From an uncultured virus (IMG/VR IMGVR_UViG_3300005201_000027) (lineage: Duplodnaviria; Heunggongvirae; Uroviricota; Caudoviricetes), in IMG/VR virus record IMGVR_UViG_3300005201_000027: 64,000 nt of DNA. One strand, 5' to 3'. Numbering within the stretch: the first letter of the stretch is position 1; each line of letters starts with the position of its first letter. Position numbers and translations under genes: made by a program. This document shows, piece by piece, positions 9,510 through 21,800 of this stretch. The notes under the pieces are model-generated. The model was not told where the DNA came from. It did not search any database and worked only from the letters and a program-made list of their open reading frames with translations.

Positions 9510-9866
9510 ATGGAATTTAGTTCTATTGGGATTCAACTGTCCGTTGATGGAACAGTAGTCCGTGGTGTAAAGGATGTACCAGATTCTGGTGGCGCTCCGA
9601 ACACTATCGCCGTTACTGATTTATCAGACACTTACACACGCTATATTTCTGGTGTACAGGAACAAGGCGAATTAGAGTTTACAGCGAATTATTTAGCAGA
9701 AGAGTACTCACGTCTAAATAATCTTGACGGAATTGTTCCGTTTGCTATTACGTATCCAGATGGTACTAACCCTGTTACAGGTACTGGTTCAGTTCACGTT
9801 TACCGTAACGGAGCAGGTGTAGACGAAGTATTGGAATACACTATCACCATTGTACGGAACTCGTAA
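9510..9866 (+). CDS. Major tail tube protein
   Basis: VKDVPDSGGAPNTIAVTDLSD..YISG..GELEF, lambda gpV/TP901-like. Confidence 0.85.
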   Translation: MEFSSIGIQLSVDGTVVRGVKDVPDSGGAPNTIAVTDLSDTYTRYISGVQEQGELEFTANYLAEEYSRLNNLDGIVPFAITYPDGTNPVTGTGSVHVYRNGAGVDEVLEYTITIVRNS

Positions 9867-9869
9867 TTA

Positions 9870-9966
9870 GAAATACAGGCTTCAACAATTAAACTTGTTG
9901 AAAACCTGTATTTTCAAACGCTATGACGAATGAGGATAGTTGTAGCGTTTGAAAATACAGGTTTTC
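9870..9966. repeat. Overlapping inverted repeats (24-bp perfect IR 9900-9923/9943-9966)
   Basis: GAAAACCTGTATTTTCAAACGCTA / TAGCGTTTGAAAATACAGGTTTTC; an upstream arm 9870-9889 can pair alternatively. Confidence 0.85.
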
Positions 9967-9997
9967 GAAATATTAAGATGAAAATAAGGAGAAGATT

Positions 9998-10384
9998 ATG
10001 AAAAAAACAATTAATTATACAGTAGGAAAATTAGACTTGGAGTTACGCATGGATGGAGAAAGTGTCCGTAAAATCGAAAAATCATTAGGGCATTCTTTAA
10101 AAACTTTGATGGTGGAATTTGTCCAAGATGGTGAGGACACTAAGGTAAAAGTTGTAATTCCAACAATTAACAAGATGTTGTTGGTATTATTCGGTGCTAA
10201 CAAGAAGTCTGGAGTAACTTTGAATAAATTACTTAAAGAATTTGATGAAGCTTACGACAAGGAAGAGATTTCAGATGATGATATTTTCAAGGTAGTGCAA
10301 GATTTGATGAATGATATGGGTTTTTCGAAGAAAGACAAAGCATTGGAGGAGGAAGTGGAAGTAACAGCGGAGGAACTAATCTAA
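9998..10384 (+). CDS. Tail assembly chaperone (gpG-like)
   Basis: Between tube and TMP; contains slippery G-GGT-TTT at 10318-10324. Confidence 0.85.
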   Translation: MKKTINYTVGKLDLELRMDGESVRKIEKSLGHSLKTLMVEFVQDGEDTKVKVVIPTINKMLLVLFGANKKSGVTLNKLLKEFDEAYDKEEISDDDIFKVVQDLMNDMGFSKKDKALEEEVEVTAEELI

Positions 10385-10758
10385 GTTACGAAACTTTCAC
10401 TGAACTTTTTGAAGCAATGGAGCCAATAGCCTTAGATTCAGGAGTAATGGCTACGGATTACTGGGGAATGACTTATGTGGAAATAGTCAAACAAGTAGAA
10501 TCAAACAATAGGAGACGTGAATCGGAGCTTAAAGAAAAAGCTTATTACGATTATACGCTTGCTAATTTGTTTGCAGTTGCTTCTAATGACCCTAAGAAGA
10601 TGCCTAAAGCAGACAAGGCTTATCCTATATTGGGGGATATGGTTTCAAAGCCAATTTCAGAAGAAGAGGCTAAAGCTAAGAAGTTGGAAGCGTTAAAAGC
10701 ACACTTCAAAGCTAAAGATGATAAGTTTAAAGCCATTCAAGCTACTAAAGAGGGGTGA
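10318..10758 (+). CDS. Tail assembly chaperone gpT part, reached by -1 frameshift
   Basis: -1 frame open from GGGTTTT into the 10417-10758 ORF (DYWGMTYVEI motif). Confidence 0.85.
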   Translation, partial: GFFEERQSIGGGSGSNSGGTNLSYETFTELFEAMEPIALDSGVMATDYWGMTYVEIVKQVESNNRRRESELKEKAYYDYTLANLFAVASNDPKKMPKADKAYPILGDMVSKPISEEEAKAKKLEALKAHFKAKDDKFKAIQATKEG

Positions 10759-10764
10759 GAGTAG

Positions 10765-13700
10765 TTGGCAATCCAGATAGAAGAATTAGAAGTAGATGCT
10801 AGGATAAACCTAGATTTGCTTGAAAAACAATTAAAAAGTGTTAGGGGAATGGTGGAGAAAGCATTCCAAAACATTCCTAACGGATTAGCAGACATGATTA
10901 CAGGGGTTGGTGGAAAAGGGAATCGGGGCAATAATAATGCCAGTCCATTAACACCTAATTTCACTATCCCTGATATCCCTACTGATACGTTGGATAATTT
11001 AGCTAATCAAGCTCAACGTGTTAGTGATAGTTTTCGAGAAAGTATGGGGGATGTGGGAGAATCAATGCAGAACACAGCCTCTCAAATCTCCAACACACGA
11101 CTTGACCCGAAGTTGTTTAAACAGATTAGGGAGTTTCAACAATTAACCTCCCTTAAAATTCCTAGAGCTATACGGATGGAGCAAAACGCAGATAGCGCCA
11201 TAGCTAGGAATCAGGAAATTATTAGCAACAATACCTCGACATTAACTCGTTTACAGGCTGAAATACAAAAGCAAGAACAGATAATGAGGAATGCGGAGAG
11301 AGTTTTAGGGGATTCTTCAAAGACCGTAGGGTTTGATAAAAGAATTATTATCACCGAAAAGGCAAAGGAAGCATCAAGTCTTTTAAGGATTTTGGAATCA
11401 GATGCTCTACGTGTAGCTAGTCAAATTGAGAGGGCGCAGGAACGAGTTAGGTCTGCTCACTCCGCTAAAGAAAACGCACAGTTCCGACAACAGAATAACC
11501 TGTTTAGGAGAGAAAGTATGGAGCAGGGTTTTGTCGATTTCTCTAGAATTGAAAAACTGGCCTCTACCTACGAAAGTGCATTACAACGAAAAGCAGTAGC
11601 GATAGAGAAAGTGAGAGAGCTTGAACGAAATATAGGAGCAGACGGAAACGACGGTAGGATGAGGATTCAGCTTGGAAATGCGAGAGAAGCAATAAGGTTA
11701 GCTGATGAAGCCATGAACAGAAGCAGAGGTCAGTTAGAATCCATTAGATTTACTATTGACACTTCACAGCTAGAACAATTAAGACCTATGTTAGAAGCAA
11801 CAAACTCCGCCATAAGTAGAATTAACGGTGTTTCTTCCGTCATGCCCCAAATCAATCAAAACTTATGGGCAAGATTTCAAGGAATGTTGAATAGGCTCAA
11901 AAGTAGTTTAACCTCACTTTTCGGCAAAAAGGCTAGGAAGAATATGAAGCTAGGATTTATCGCAAGGGGATTAAGGCGAGTTGTGATGAATGCCTTACTA
12001 TTCCGTCACGTTACGGGTGCTATTATGGCATTCGGGAGACACTTAGGTGGAGCGCTTATGACCAATGAGCAGTTTGCATCAAGCCTTAATCTAATTCGTA
12101 TTAATTTACACACAGCTTTCTACGCAGTATTTCAAGCCGTATTACCTGCACTTAATGCGATGGCTAGAGGATTAGCTGTTGTAACACATCATTTGGCTAA
12201 TTTCTTGGCTTTATTGTTTGGCACAGACTTCTCTAGCGCTATGGGTGGCGCACGAGATATGTACAATCAAATGGCGGAAGATGCAGGTGGGGCTAATGAT
12301 GCCGCCCAAGAATTACAAAACACGTTAATGGGATTCGATGAGATTAACCGATTGGATTCAGATAGTGGCAATAATGGCGGTGGCGCTGATGGTGGCGGAG
12401 GTATTAATTGGGATGTAGAAATACCAGATAGGGAATTACCTGCTTGGATGCAACGTTTCTTAGATTGGTTAGCTAGGGTAAGAGAAGCTATTCAACCAAC
12501 TTTAGATGCACTTGGTAGGTTATGGGATGCTTTTAGGCAATATGTAATCCCATTTGCTATGCAAGCGTTGAGCGATTTTTATAATAACTTCCTAGTTCCA
12601 GTTGGGCTTTGGACGTTTGGGAATGGTTTACCAAGATTTTTAGATGTGGTAACAAGAATTATCCAGAACCTTGATTGGGACGCTCTAAATAGGGTTTTAG
12701 CTACATTGTTTACATCTTTGAGTAGATTTACGATTTCTCTTGGGGAGCATTTCTTATGGTTCTGGGAAAATATTTTCGAGCCGATAGCGGTATGGACTGG
12801 GAATAACCTCCTACCTAGAGCAATAGAGTTAGTTGCGTATGCCTTGGGTATTTTAACCAATGTGATGAATGCAACAAGACCTGCTTGGGACTGGATGCTT
12901 GACAACGTATTAGCGCCATTAGCTAATTTTGTGGGGGATTCTTTCTTATGGTTCTTAGATAGAATCATCGCTTTATTTAGAGATACTGCCTATTGGATAG
13001 AACGTAACGAGAGTTTAGTCGGAGATATTAGCGTTTCAATCGGAACATTTGCAGGAACGCTTTTAGCAATAAAAGGTGCTTTAGCCGTCTATGCGTATTT
13101 CTACAAACTAGCATCTGCAATCAAGGCAGTAGCGGTGGCTGTTGGGAGCAAGGGTATTGCCGCCTTGTTTACGCCAAAAGGTTGGGTAATTTTAGGTATT
13201 GCCGCCTTAGTTACTGCGACCATATGGTTATGGCGAAATTGGGACGACTTAGGTTATCGCTTAGAAACAATTTGGGTTGCTACACAGATAGGATTTGCAC
13301 TTTGGAAGAACAGGATTCTACAAGGTATTGCTGATATGATTAGGAGCATTCCGTTTCTCCCTAATGCTTGGGCAGGTGGTCTTGAATCAATGCTTACGGA
13401 TACTTCTACTATTACTATGCGAATGGAGACTAGGTTAAACCGTGCGTTCAACACGATGTATAACGATGCTTCTGACACAATGCGTAGTCTATACGGCACT
13501 ACTATCCAGTACACACAAGATATGGATAACGGAATGACTAGAATCGTAACCGAAATGGCGGATGGAACTGTAAGGCAATTTAAATTGCAGACAGATTTAG
13601 CACATCTTGCTCTAGAGGAATTAGAAAACGGTACTTTCAACTATGCTAATGGTATTTCAGATGGCATGAGAGATTCAATTATGCGCATGGCTAAAGATGT

Positions 13701-15378
13701 GGTTGATTATTATGGGGATATGACTAAGGAAACTAATGAGTTATTAGGTCAGATGAATACTTTCCAAGCGTCAACATTCAATAACATCTACAATCAAGCA
13801 TCTGGTTATGTGGCTAAACTTTACGGTTCGACAGTTAGGACAGTAGAGGATATGGGCAACGGTGTTAAACGTATCACTGCTGAAATGGCTGATGGGACTG
13901 TTGAGAGCTTCGAAATGCAGAGTAACTTAGCTGAAATTGCACTTAGGGAATTGGAGCGAGGAACATTAGATTCGGCAGGCACTATTTCTACGGATATGCG
14001 TAGGGAAATTAGACGTATGGCAGAGGAAGTGTCCGAATACTACGGTCAAATGGCTAGGTATTGTACTACCAGATTTAATGAAATGGCAGTAACCAATAAG
14101 ACGATATCCGATGAAATGGTTACTGAGATAATTAACGATGCTAATGGATTTATGCAACGTTCGTTAGGTATTTATGATAATTTGTATAACGAGACAGTTA
14201 GAAAAACAAGAAGCTGGGCTATTGAAACTGGTAATATATTCGAACAATCTACGTCAGATATTCTAAATGAACGCAGAAAGATGTCTGATGGCATGGGTCG
14301 TGAAAGTGCGTCTATGTACAACACTCAAACAAGGCAAACTAGGGGGTTGTGGAACACAATTCGCGGCATGTTCCGAAATGGAGGGCGTGATTCAGAGGGT
14401 TATATGAGAACCTTATCGGGGAATGTTATTCGTCACTCTGGAACACTGGAGCGTGGAGCTAGTCTTGCTTCTTCCAACGCTAATAGAGATGTTGTGAACA
14501 ATTTCAGACAGATGGAAAGGAATGCTAGTCCTGCCATCGAAAACTTCCAGAACAATGTTACTCAAAGATTTGGGACTACATTCGACCTTGCAACAAAAGG
14601 CTCTTATGATGTTAATGAGGTAATACGAAATAATTTTAATAGGCTTGGGATAGATGCAGACCAAGAATTAAGTAAAATTCCAGAATCTATTGGAATAAAT
14701 ATGCAACGAAGTGTGAGAAACGCTTCACACTATGCGTATCGAGTAAGAACTGGGGCTACTAGTCAGTTTAACGGCATGGATAGCGTAATGGGTTCGCACG
14801 GTTATAATGCTATGAGAGGTCTTAATAACGGTCTTTCGAGTGGTGAGTATGCGGTAATGCGCAACGTTAATCGAATTGCGAATAATGTGGCACGAACGAT
14901 GCAGAATTCTCTTAGAATCAATTCTCCATCAAGGGTTATGGAACGTTTAGTCGGACACCCTATTATGCAAGGTTTGATTAAAGGTATCACTAGCTATGAA
15001 GGCAGGTTGTACAAAACGATGGATAGAATGGCGGATTATTTAGCTGATACCAAAATGGTAGTAGGATTTAGCGTTGATGATAGCACATTGTCAACAGATT
15101 TACAGAGATTCTCACAAACAATCACTATGCCAAATTCATTCCAACAGCCTGTATCCAATCATTACTCTTACCAAGCTAGATTCGAGGGTGCAGAACTGAA
15201 TGAGACTAATATGTTATTGAGACAGTTAAATGCAACATTGATTGCACAAGGTAGAGAACCGATTACAATTCATAATCATACTAACCTTGATGGTAAAGTG
15301 ATGACGGACGTTGTTGTACATAATTTAGAGAAACGAAATAGGCAGACTGGTTTATCACCACTTAGTTTTGCTAGATAA
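10765..15378 (+). CDS. Tape measure protein
   Basis: 1537 aa helical; LMGFDEINRL, Trp-periodic repeats, LRINSPSRVM. Confidence 0.93.
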   Translation: MAIQIEELEVDARINLDLLEKQLKSVRGMVEKAFQNIPNGLADMITGVGGKGNRGNNNASPLTPNFTIPDIPTDTLDNLANQAQRVSDSFRESMGDVGESMQNTASQISNTRLDPKLFKQIREFQQLTSLKIPRAIRMEQNADSAIARNQEIISNNTSTLTRLQAEIQKQEQIMRNAERVLGDSSKTVGFDKRIIITEKAKEASSLLRILESDALRVASQIERAQERVRSAHSAKENAQFRQQNNLFRRESMEQGFVDFSRIEKLASTYESALQRKAVAIEKVRELERNIGADGNDGRMRIQLGNAREAIRLADEAMNRSRGQLESIRFTIDTSQLEQLRPMLEATNSAISRINGVSSVMPQINQNLWARFQGMLNRLKSSLTSLFGKKARKNMKLGFIARGLRRVVMNALLFRHVTGAIMAFGRHLGGALMTNEQFASSLNLIRINLHTAFYAVFQAVLPALNAMARGLAVVTHHLANFLALLFGTDFSSAMGGARDMYNQMAEDAGGANDAAQELQNTLMGFDEINRLDSDSGNNGGGADGGGGINWDVEIPDRELPAWMQRFLDWLARVREAIQPTLDALGRLWDAFRQYVIPFAMQALSDFYNNFLVPVGLWTFGNGLPRFLDVVTRIIQNLDWDALNRVLATLFTSLSRFTISLGEHFLWFWENIFEPIAVWTGNNLLPRAIELVAYALGILTNVMNATRPAWDWMLDNVLAPLANFVGDSFLWFLDRIIALFRDTAYWIERNESLVGDISVSIGTFAGTLLAIKGALAVYAYFYKLASAIKAVAVAVGSKGIAALFTPKGWVILGIAALVTATIWLWRNWDDLGYRLETIWVATQIGFALWKNRILQGIADMIRSIPFLPNAWAGGLESMLTDTSTITMRMETRLNRAFNTMYNDASDTMRSLYGTTIQYTQDMDNGMTRIVTEMADGTVRQFKLQTDLAHLALEELENGTFNYANGISDGMRDSIMRMAKDVVDYYGDMTKETNELLGQMNTFQASTFNNIYNQASGYVAKLYGSTVRTVEDMGNGVKRITAEMADGTVESFEMQSNLAEIALRELERGTLDSAGTISTDMRREIRRMAEEVSEYYGQMARYCTTRFNEMAVTNKTISDEMVTEIINDANGFMQRSLGIYDNLYNETVRKTRSWAIETGNIFEQSTSDILNERRKMSDGMGRESASMYNTQTRQTRGLWNTIRGMFRNGGRDSEGYMRTLSGNVIRHSGTLERGASLASSNANRDVVNNFRQMERNASPAIENFQNNVTQRFGTTFDLATKGSYDVNEVIRNNFNRLGIDADQELSKIPESIGINMQRSVRNASHYAYRVRTGATSQFNGMDSVMGSHGYNAMRGLNNGLSSGEYAVMRNVNRIANNVARTMQNSLRINSPSRVMERLVGHPIMQGLIKGITSYEGRLYKTMDRMADYLADTKMVVGFSVDDSTLSTDLQRFSQTITMPNSFQQPVSNHYSYQARFEGAELNETNMLLRQLNATLIAQGREPITIHNHTNLDGKVMTDVVVHNLEKRNRQTGLSPLSFAR

Positions 15379-15398
15379 ATTTAATAAGTATTTATAGG

Positions 15399-15428
15399 AG
15401 CGTGGAATTAAATCAATTCCACGCTTTA
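15399..15428 (+). terminator. Hairpin/terminator after TMP
   Basis: AGCGTGGAATT-AAATC-AATTCCACGCT followed by T/A-rich run. Confidence 0.6.
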
Positions 15429-15457
15429 ATTAAGTATTTATAAAAAGGGGTGAGAGA

Positions 15458-15820
15458 ATGCTTTTGATTAATGGGACTGCTGTAAAAGTTCCTGCACAAG
15501 AGGGTGGCTTAGTAATAGATTTGCACACGATTGATGCAGAATCGACAGGACGTAACGCTTACGGAACGATGGTTCGTGATGTTGTTGCACAAAAAGAACG
15601 TATGCAACTAAGATGGGTAGCATTAAGTGATTTTGAAATGCAACAGATATTAAATCTAATTCATGCTCCCTTCTTTGACGTAACCTACCGTAGCCCTCGT
15701 GAGGGTATTGTAACTAAGACTTTTTACAGAGGTGACACTAGCTCACCAGTATACAGTTGGAATGAAAAGTTTGAAGACTTCCGCTGGGAAGAACTTACGG
15801 TTAATTTCATAGAAAGATAA
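15458..15820 (+). CDS. Distal tail protein-like
   Basis: TGRNAYGTMVRDVV, TKTFYRGD, LTVNFIER; follows TMP. Confidence 0.75.
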   Translation: MLLINGTAVKVPAQEGGLVIDLHTIDAESTGRNAYGTMVRDVVAQKERMQLRWVALSDFEMQQILNLIHAPFFDVTYRSPREGIVTKTFYRGDTSSPVYSWNEKFEDFRWEELTVNFIER

Positions 15821-15833
15821 AGAAGGTGAAAAA

Positions 15834-18800
15834 GTGTATTCACAGAGTTTAATCAATGCTTGGTCACAGGATTCGAGGCAAGTTGTGGCAAAGATTACGA
15901 TAAATAATCAAGTATATTTTCCAGATGATATTTTAGATTTAAGTATAGAACAGGGTGCTATGAATGGAGATTCATTAGGAGTTGGCTCAACATTCAGCAA
16001 TAGCGCTGAATTTACTTTAGTAGGACTTCATTCACATATTCAGCAACTAAATAGAGTGATAGTAGAATTAGGTATTCGCTATCTTGAACGTAGACAAGTA
16101 AGCACACTATTAGCTCCGATTGAATTAAGACGTGAGCGTAGGCTTGAGAATAATGGTAATCTTATTGATGTATTGGATGTAGGTACTCAAATCATTGTGC
16201 TTGAAACAGTAGGAGTATGGAGATATGTGCAAGTTGTGTACGGCGTTAATGCGAATATTCCATCACCTTTAATTGAGGGTTGGATTAATTTACCGCAGTT
16301 TCCAACAGCAGTGGCACAAGACGTTTCATTAATCGGTTTCGTTAAGATGGGTGAGTTCAGAGTTTCCGAAAGAATTGAATTAGACCGTAACGCAAACCGT
16401 ACAAATATCGAATGCTTAGATGATATGATTTTAATGGGTGGGACATTTGTTTCACCACAAGCTAACATCAATTTGCGTATGTTTGCGGTACAAATTGCTG
16501 AACAAGCAGGTGTCGCTTACAATAGAGCCAACTTCGATTCACTCCCTACTCCGCAGATAATTGTACCTCGTGATAGAACACATCGTGACGTTATCGGGTA
16601 TTTAGCCCAGTTTGTAGGAGGTTATGCCACATTTAACCGTAATGGTGAATTAGAAATAAGACAGTTAGCTGAAAGTAATTTCATGATTACCCCTAACGAG
16701 TATTTGCAAGGTGGGTTTGAACGCAACGACATTAGATTCAACGTAGGTGGAATTACCTCACAGGTTAGGCAAGAGGGTAGAGGGACACTTTACTTTGAAG
16801 TTGGTGAGGAAACTGGTGGGCAGATTGTTTTAGACAATCCATCTATGACACAGAATTTGCTTAACGGTATTTGGGATAGGTTGAGACATCTTGAGTACTA
16901 CCCATTTAGCTTGACGTGGCGAGGTAATCCAACAGTTGAAGTAGGTCAGTGGGTTACGATTACCGACAGAGATAATCAACATTACCGTGCGCCTATGTTA
17001 TCCCACAGGATTTCTTACAATGGTGGATTGAGGTATGAAACAACAGCTGACACCACACCAGTAGCAAGAGATGTTGTGTGGAGACGGATTGACCATAACC
17101 GTGATGGCTTACAAGGGGTTAGCATCATTGATACGGTCACTAGATTTCATCAAACATCTTCCCCCAACCCTCCGAATGAGCCAGTAGGAACATTGCCAGT
17201 AGAGGGAGCTTGGTCACAAGAAACTGCGCCACCGCCAATAGAAGGACATTTTATTCACATCTTGACCCGAATCTTGTTTAGCGACGATAGATACACGCAA
17301 AGTATCCACACCGTTAGAAGTGGGGTTAGTGGAAACAATGGAGAAGATGGAGCTAGAGGTGAGGATGGGGAACGTGGCGCAGACGGGGTGAGTATCGTTG
17401 ACACTATCGTTAGGTTCATTCAGAATAATCAACCATTACCACCAGCCTTGCCGCAAGGTGCTTTACCTAATATTAACAATAACGTCAATAACATAAATTG
17501 GTCACGAAGCATTGCGCCACCCCCTATTGATGGTCATTATATCCACGTTTTGACACGAATCGTTAAATCAGATAATTCATTCGACCAGTCAGTTTATACT
17601 ATCCGTAACGGTTATGATGGAAAGGATGGTAACGATGGACGTGACGGCTATGATGGTGAAGATGGTGAGCGTGGAGATGATGGCAATGACGGAATTAGCA
17701 TTACCGATACTATCACAAGGTTTTTCCAAAGTGCTAATTCCAACCCTCCTGCCGAACCAAATATCAATCAACCATTGCCATCAACAGGAACGTGGGCACT
17801 AAGTGTAGCGCCACCGCCTGTGCTTGGACATTTCATGCACGTATTGACACGAGTTGTATTTTCAACAGGTACTCCACGGCAATTTATTTACTCTACTCGC
17901 AGTGGTGTTAACGGTAATGATGGAGAAGATGGTGAAGACGGAGAGCGTGGGGATGATGGAATAAGTGTAGTAGATGTGGTCACACGATTTACGCAAACCA
18001 GTGCAGAAACACCGCCTAATCCTATTCCACCTACAAATACAGCTTTACCGCCAGTTAATAACACCGCTAATGCGCCACTATGGGCAAGAGATGTATCACC
18101 ATCTCCGATAGCAGGTTGGTTTATTCACGTTTTGACACGCGTTGTTATGTCAAATGGCAGTGCAACTCAAAGTATTTATACAGTTCGTAATGGAAGCAAT
18201 GGTTCTAACGGTAATAATGGTAACGATGGAGCGGATGGTACAGGTATCCGTGATACTCAAACACATTATCATATTCATAATAACGGCAACACTCCACCCG
18301 CCAATAATTCTAGTGATTGGGTGACAACTGTACCCCCCATAAGTGAGGGGCAATGGTTATGGACACGTACTACAATCGTCTTGGATAATGACCAAATTAC
18401 GCACCACTTTTCGGTATCACGTAATGGTGTTAACGGTCGTGACGGCACTTCTGTTTCCATACGTGGGAGTTTTGACACTGTTGAACAACTACGTCAAGCG
18501 CACCCTACTGGACAAATTGGCGATGCGTGGATTATCGCACCTAATTTATGGGTATGGTCACCCACTGGTAACAACTGGATTAATGCAGGGGTTATTCAAG
18601 GTGAGCGTGGCGAAAACGGAAGTAACGGTACAAATGGTGTCTCAATCACAGGTGTTCAAGTACGTTATGTGCAAAACAACAACGCTACACACCCTAATTT
18701 ACCTGCTGTTGGCAACCCTTTACCTACTGTAAATAACAATGGTACTGCAAACTGGGTAAGAGATATAGCCCCACCTGCGCAAGAGGGTACTTACTTGCAT

Positions 18801-21800
18801 ATCCTTACTCGTGTTAACTTTAGCGTTGGAAACCCTACACAAAGTGTTTACACGGTGCGTAACGGTGCTGACGGTGAGCGTGGAGAAGTAGGTGCCCAAG
18901 GTAACCCCGGTGTCGGTACTACAAACATATTTACACGTTTTACACAAAACACTTCTGCAACCCCTCCTGCACTACCTGCTGTTACAGCTAATTTACCTGC
19001 TGTAAACAACAACGGTACAGCAAACTGGGTAAGAGATGTTGCTCCACCACCAGTGGCAGGAGAGTTTCTTCACATCCTTACTCGTACAGTTTTGACTAAT
19101 GGCACAAATATACAAAGTGTTTATTCCACTCGTAGTGGGGCTAACGGTAATCATGGTAACAATGGAGAACAGGGCTGGTCACAATCTCGTGATATTAGTT
19201 ATTTGACTGACAATACAGCAACCCCTCCTTTAGCTACGGCTAATGGTTGGAATGCAACTCCTACTCAACCAACGGCTACTAATAGATTCTTGTGGGTAAG
19301 GACGGTAACCACAAATACAGGTCATGGCGCACCTGCTAATCCAACCCCTACGGTACATTTAGGTGGAAGCTTTGGACAGCAAGGTAATCAAGGGGATGTA
19401 GGTGTGCAAGGTTGGTCACAATCGCAAGCATTCGCCTATCAGCTTAACAATACTGGCAATGCCCCTGCACACAATTCTGGCACATGGTCAAACACACCGT
19501 TAGTGCCGACTGCTACTAATAGATTCTTATGGGTGCGCACAACCCGTACAAATACAGGTCATGGCGCACCTGCTAATCCAACCCCTACGGTACATTTAGG
19601 TGGAAGCTTTGGACAGCAAGGTAATCAAGGAAACCCTGGAACTAACGGAGTTGGAATACGAGATGTATTTACACGTTTTACACAAAACACTTCTGCGACA
19701 CCGCCTAATGCTCCTACTGCATTGGCGTTACCGACCGTTAATAACAGTGGTACTGGAAACTGGGTGAGAGATGTTGCCCCACAACCAGTACAGGGACAGT
19801 TTTTACATATATTGACACGAATTGTTAGGACAGATGATACGTGGTCAGATTCTATCTACACTACTCGACACGCTATTGACGGTAGCAATGGTAGCAACGG
19901 GAGTAACGGTAACGATGGTGCAGGGTTTGAAGTAGTCTCACCGCCTAATATCGCAGGATTAACGGCATGGGCTTCGCATAATTCAATTTCAGTACAGTGG
20001 ACGAACAATTCACCTACTATGCGTTATCAAGCACAAGTAAGAGCAACCAATAACGGCACTTGGGTAGACGTATTCACAGGTAACGCCACACGGTTTGTAC
20101 ATCAAGATATTCCCGTCAACTCTACTAGATGGTATCGAGTGCGTGCTATTAATGTTGTTGGTACGGTGGGCAACTGGTCAACAGCAGATAATACAAATGG
20201 TGGAGCGAATGCAACTACTGCACCCTTAGCTACACAACATATTCCAAGCATTACGTCCGACATGATTACTACCGACTTCTTCCAAGCACTTGTTATCAAC
20301 GGTGCTATCATGAACGCAGGTCAAATACATGGTTCAGTAATTGAAGCAAACTCGTTGACATTAAACAGTTTCGCACAAAAAGATTCGACCAATCATTTTG
20401 AAATCACACGTCAAACAATCGGTAATTTCTTTACAGTACACGAGGTGGCAGGAAATTCTAATAATCCTTGGTTTCAAGTAGTGAATGTAAGACGTGATAT
20501 GAATCCGCCTACACAGCCTTGGATTCGAGTTTCGGCAGGGCAACAATTCAGAATAAGCGGTGAAGTTCAAACTAACGTGCAAGCAAACCTTGATACAACA
20601 GGTACTGCACGAGGTTTTGTTTCAGTAGTCCTTGGGGTGCGTTATAGAAATCTTAGTGGTGAGATAAACAATTGGAGTGGGGTTACTGCACCTGCCAATT
20701 CCACAACTGCTGTAACAGGCACGATAACAGTGCCTAACAATGTAGTTGAAGCGCAGTTTGAATTACGTACAAGTGGTTGGGGCACACATACTGGACATAT
20801 TCGTGTTCGCAACGTAGAAGTAAGACGTATGGCGGATGCTAGTTTGATTGTACAGGGGGGTATCACTTCCGAACATTTGACCACAGGCGAGCTTAGAATT
20901 AGGAATTACCTATTTGACGGAACACGTATTATGACCACGACTGATAGCGATATCATATTGTCACGGGGTACTGGTGACAACGCAACTAGAGATAGGTTGA
21001 TTATAAACGCTAATTACATGGAATTAAGAACAGAGCGTGACGGTACAGTTGATGAAGACAGTGATACTAGTGGTGGGGCACAGCCTACTGGACGTAGCTT
21101 TATTGGTAATACAAGATTTTATGCAAACCGATTACAGTTCAATAATTTCGGTAACGGTAATTCATTAATCAATGCGATTATACAACCTGCTAGACGTGTT
21201 AATCCACCTGTTGACGGTAGAGTGCAAACAGGTTTAGGGGGATTGCGTAGCGTATTCGGTTGGGCAGGGAATAGACAGATGTTTGCGCCAGTGCGTGGTA
21301 GACAGCTGATTGCAACTAACCAAACATTTAATGCCAATAGGACTTCTGAAACTAGACGTGTTAGTAGGGTATTGCTACCAGAGTTGAGTTTTTCTACTAC
21401 TGATGCCAATGTCCCTTTGACTGTGTATAATTCAAGCGGAGATATTAGAGACTTTAGAGCTAGGCGAGTTATTGCGCAAGATTTCCGAAATTCGGTGGGC
21501 ACAGAGGTCATAAGAATTGGCGACCATAACCCTCAGATAAGGACAACATGGCTTGATATTACGACAGGCATCTCAACGTTGGGTACTAATGATTTATTGA
21601 TAAGACGTGGGGGAAGTGAGATAAACCGTATTGGAATAGAGGCTTCTACGTTAAATCTTAGGGGCGGAAATCCTGCAAACAACAACCCTGTCTGGACAAC
21701 CAACCAAGTGGCAGTCGCCTTAATCAGTACACGGATGCACGGTGCTAACCAAATCCACGGTGGGGTTCACGCTCAACTTGACGTGGGTACAGCAGGGGGT

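Noticed and set aside
9900..9920. Sequence reads ENLYFQ (TEV site), suggesting vector contamination or tail-tube readthrough
   Set aside because: It is one arm of a natural inverted repeat after a stop codon, with no other vector features; treated as coincidence
19311..19630. Repeat pair in tail fiber as DGR template/variable repeat
   Set aside because: Copies are identical and both coding, with no adenine-specific differences, and no reverse transcriptase is in the window
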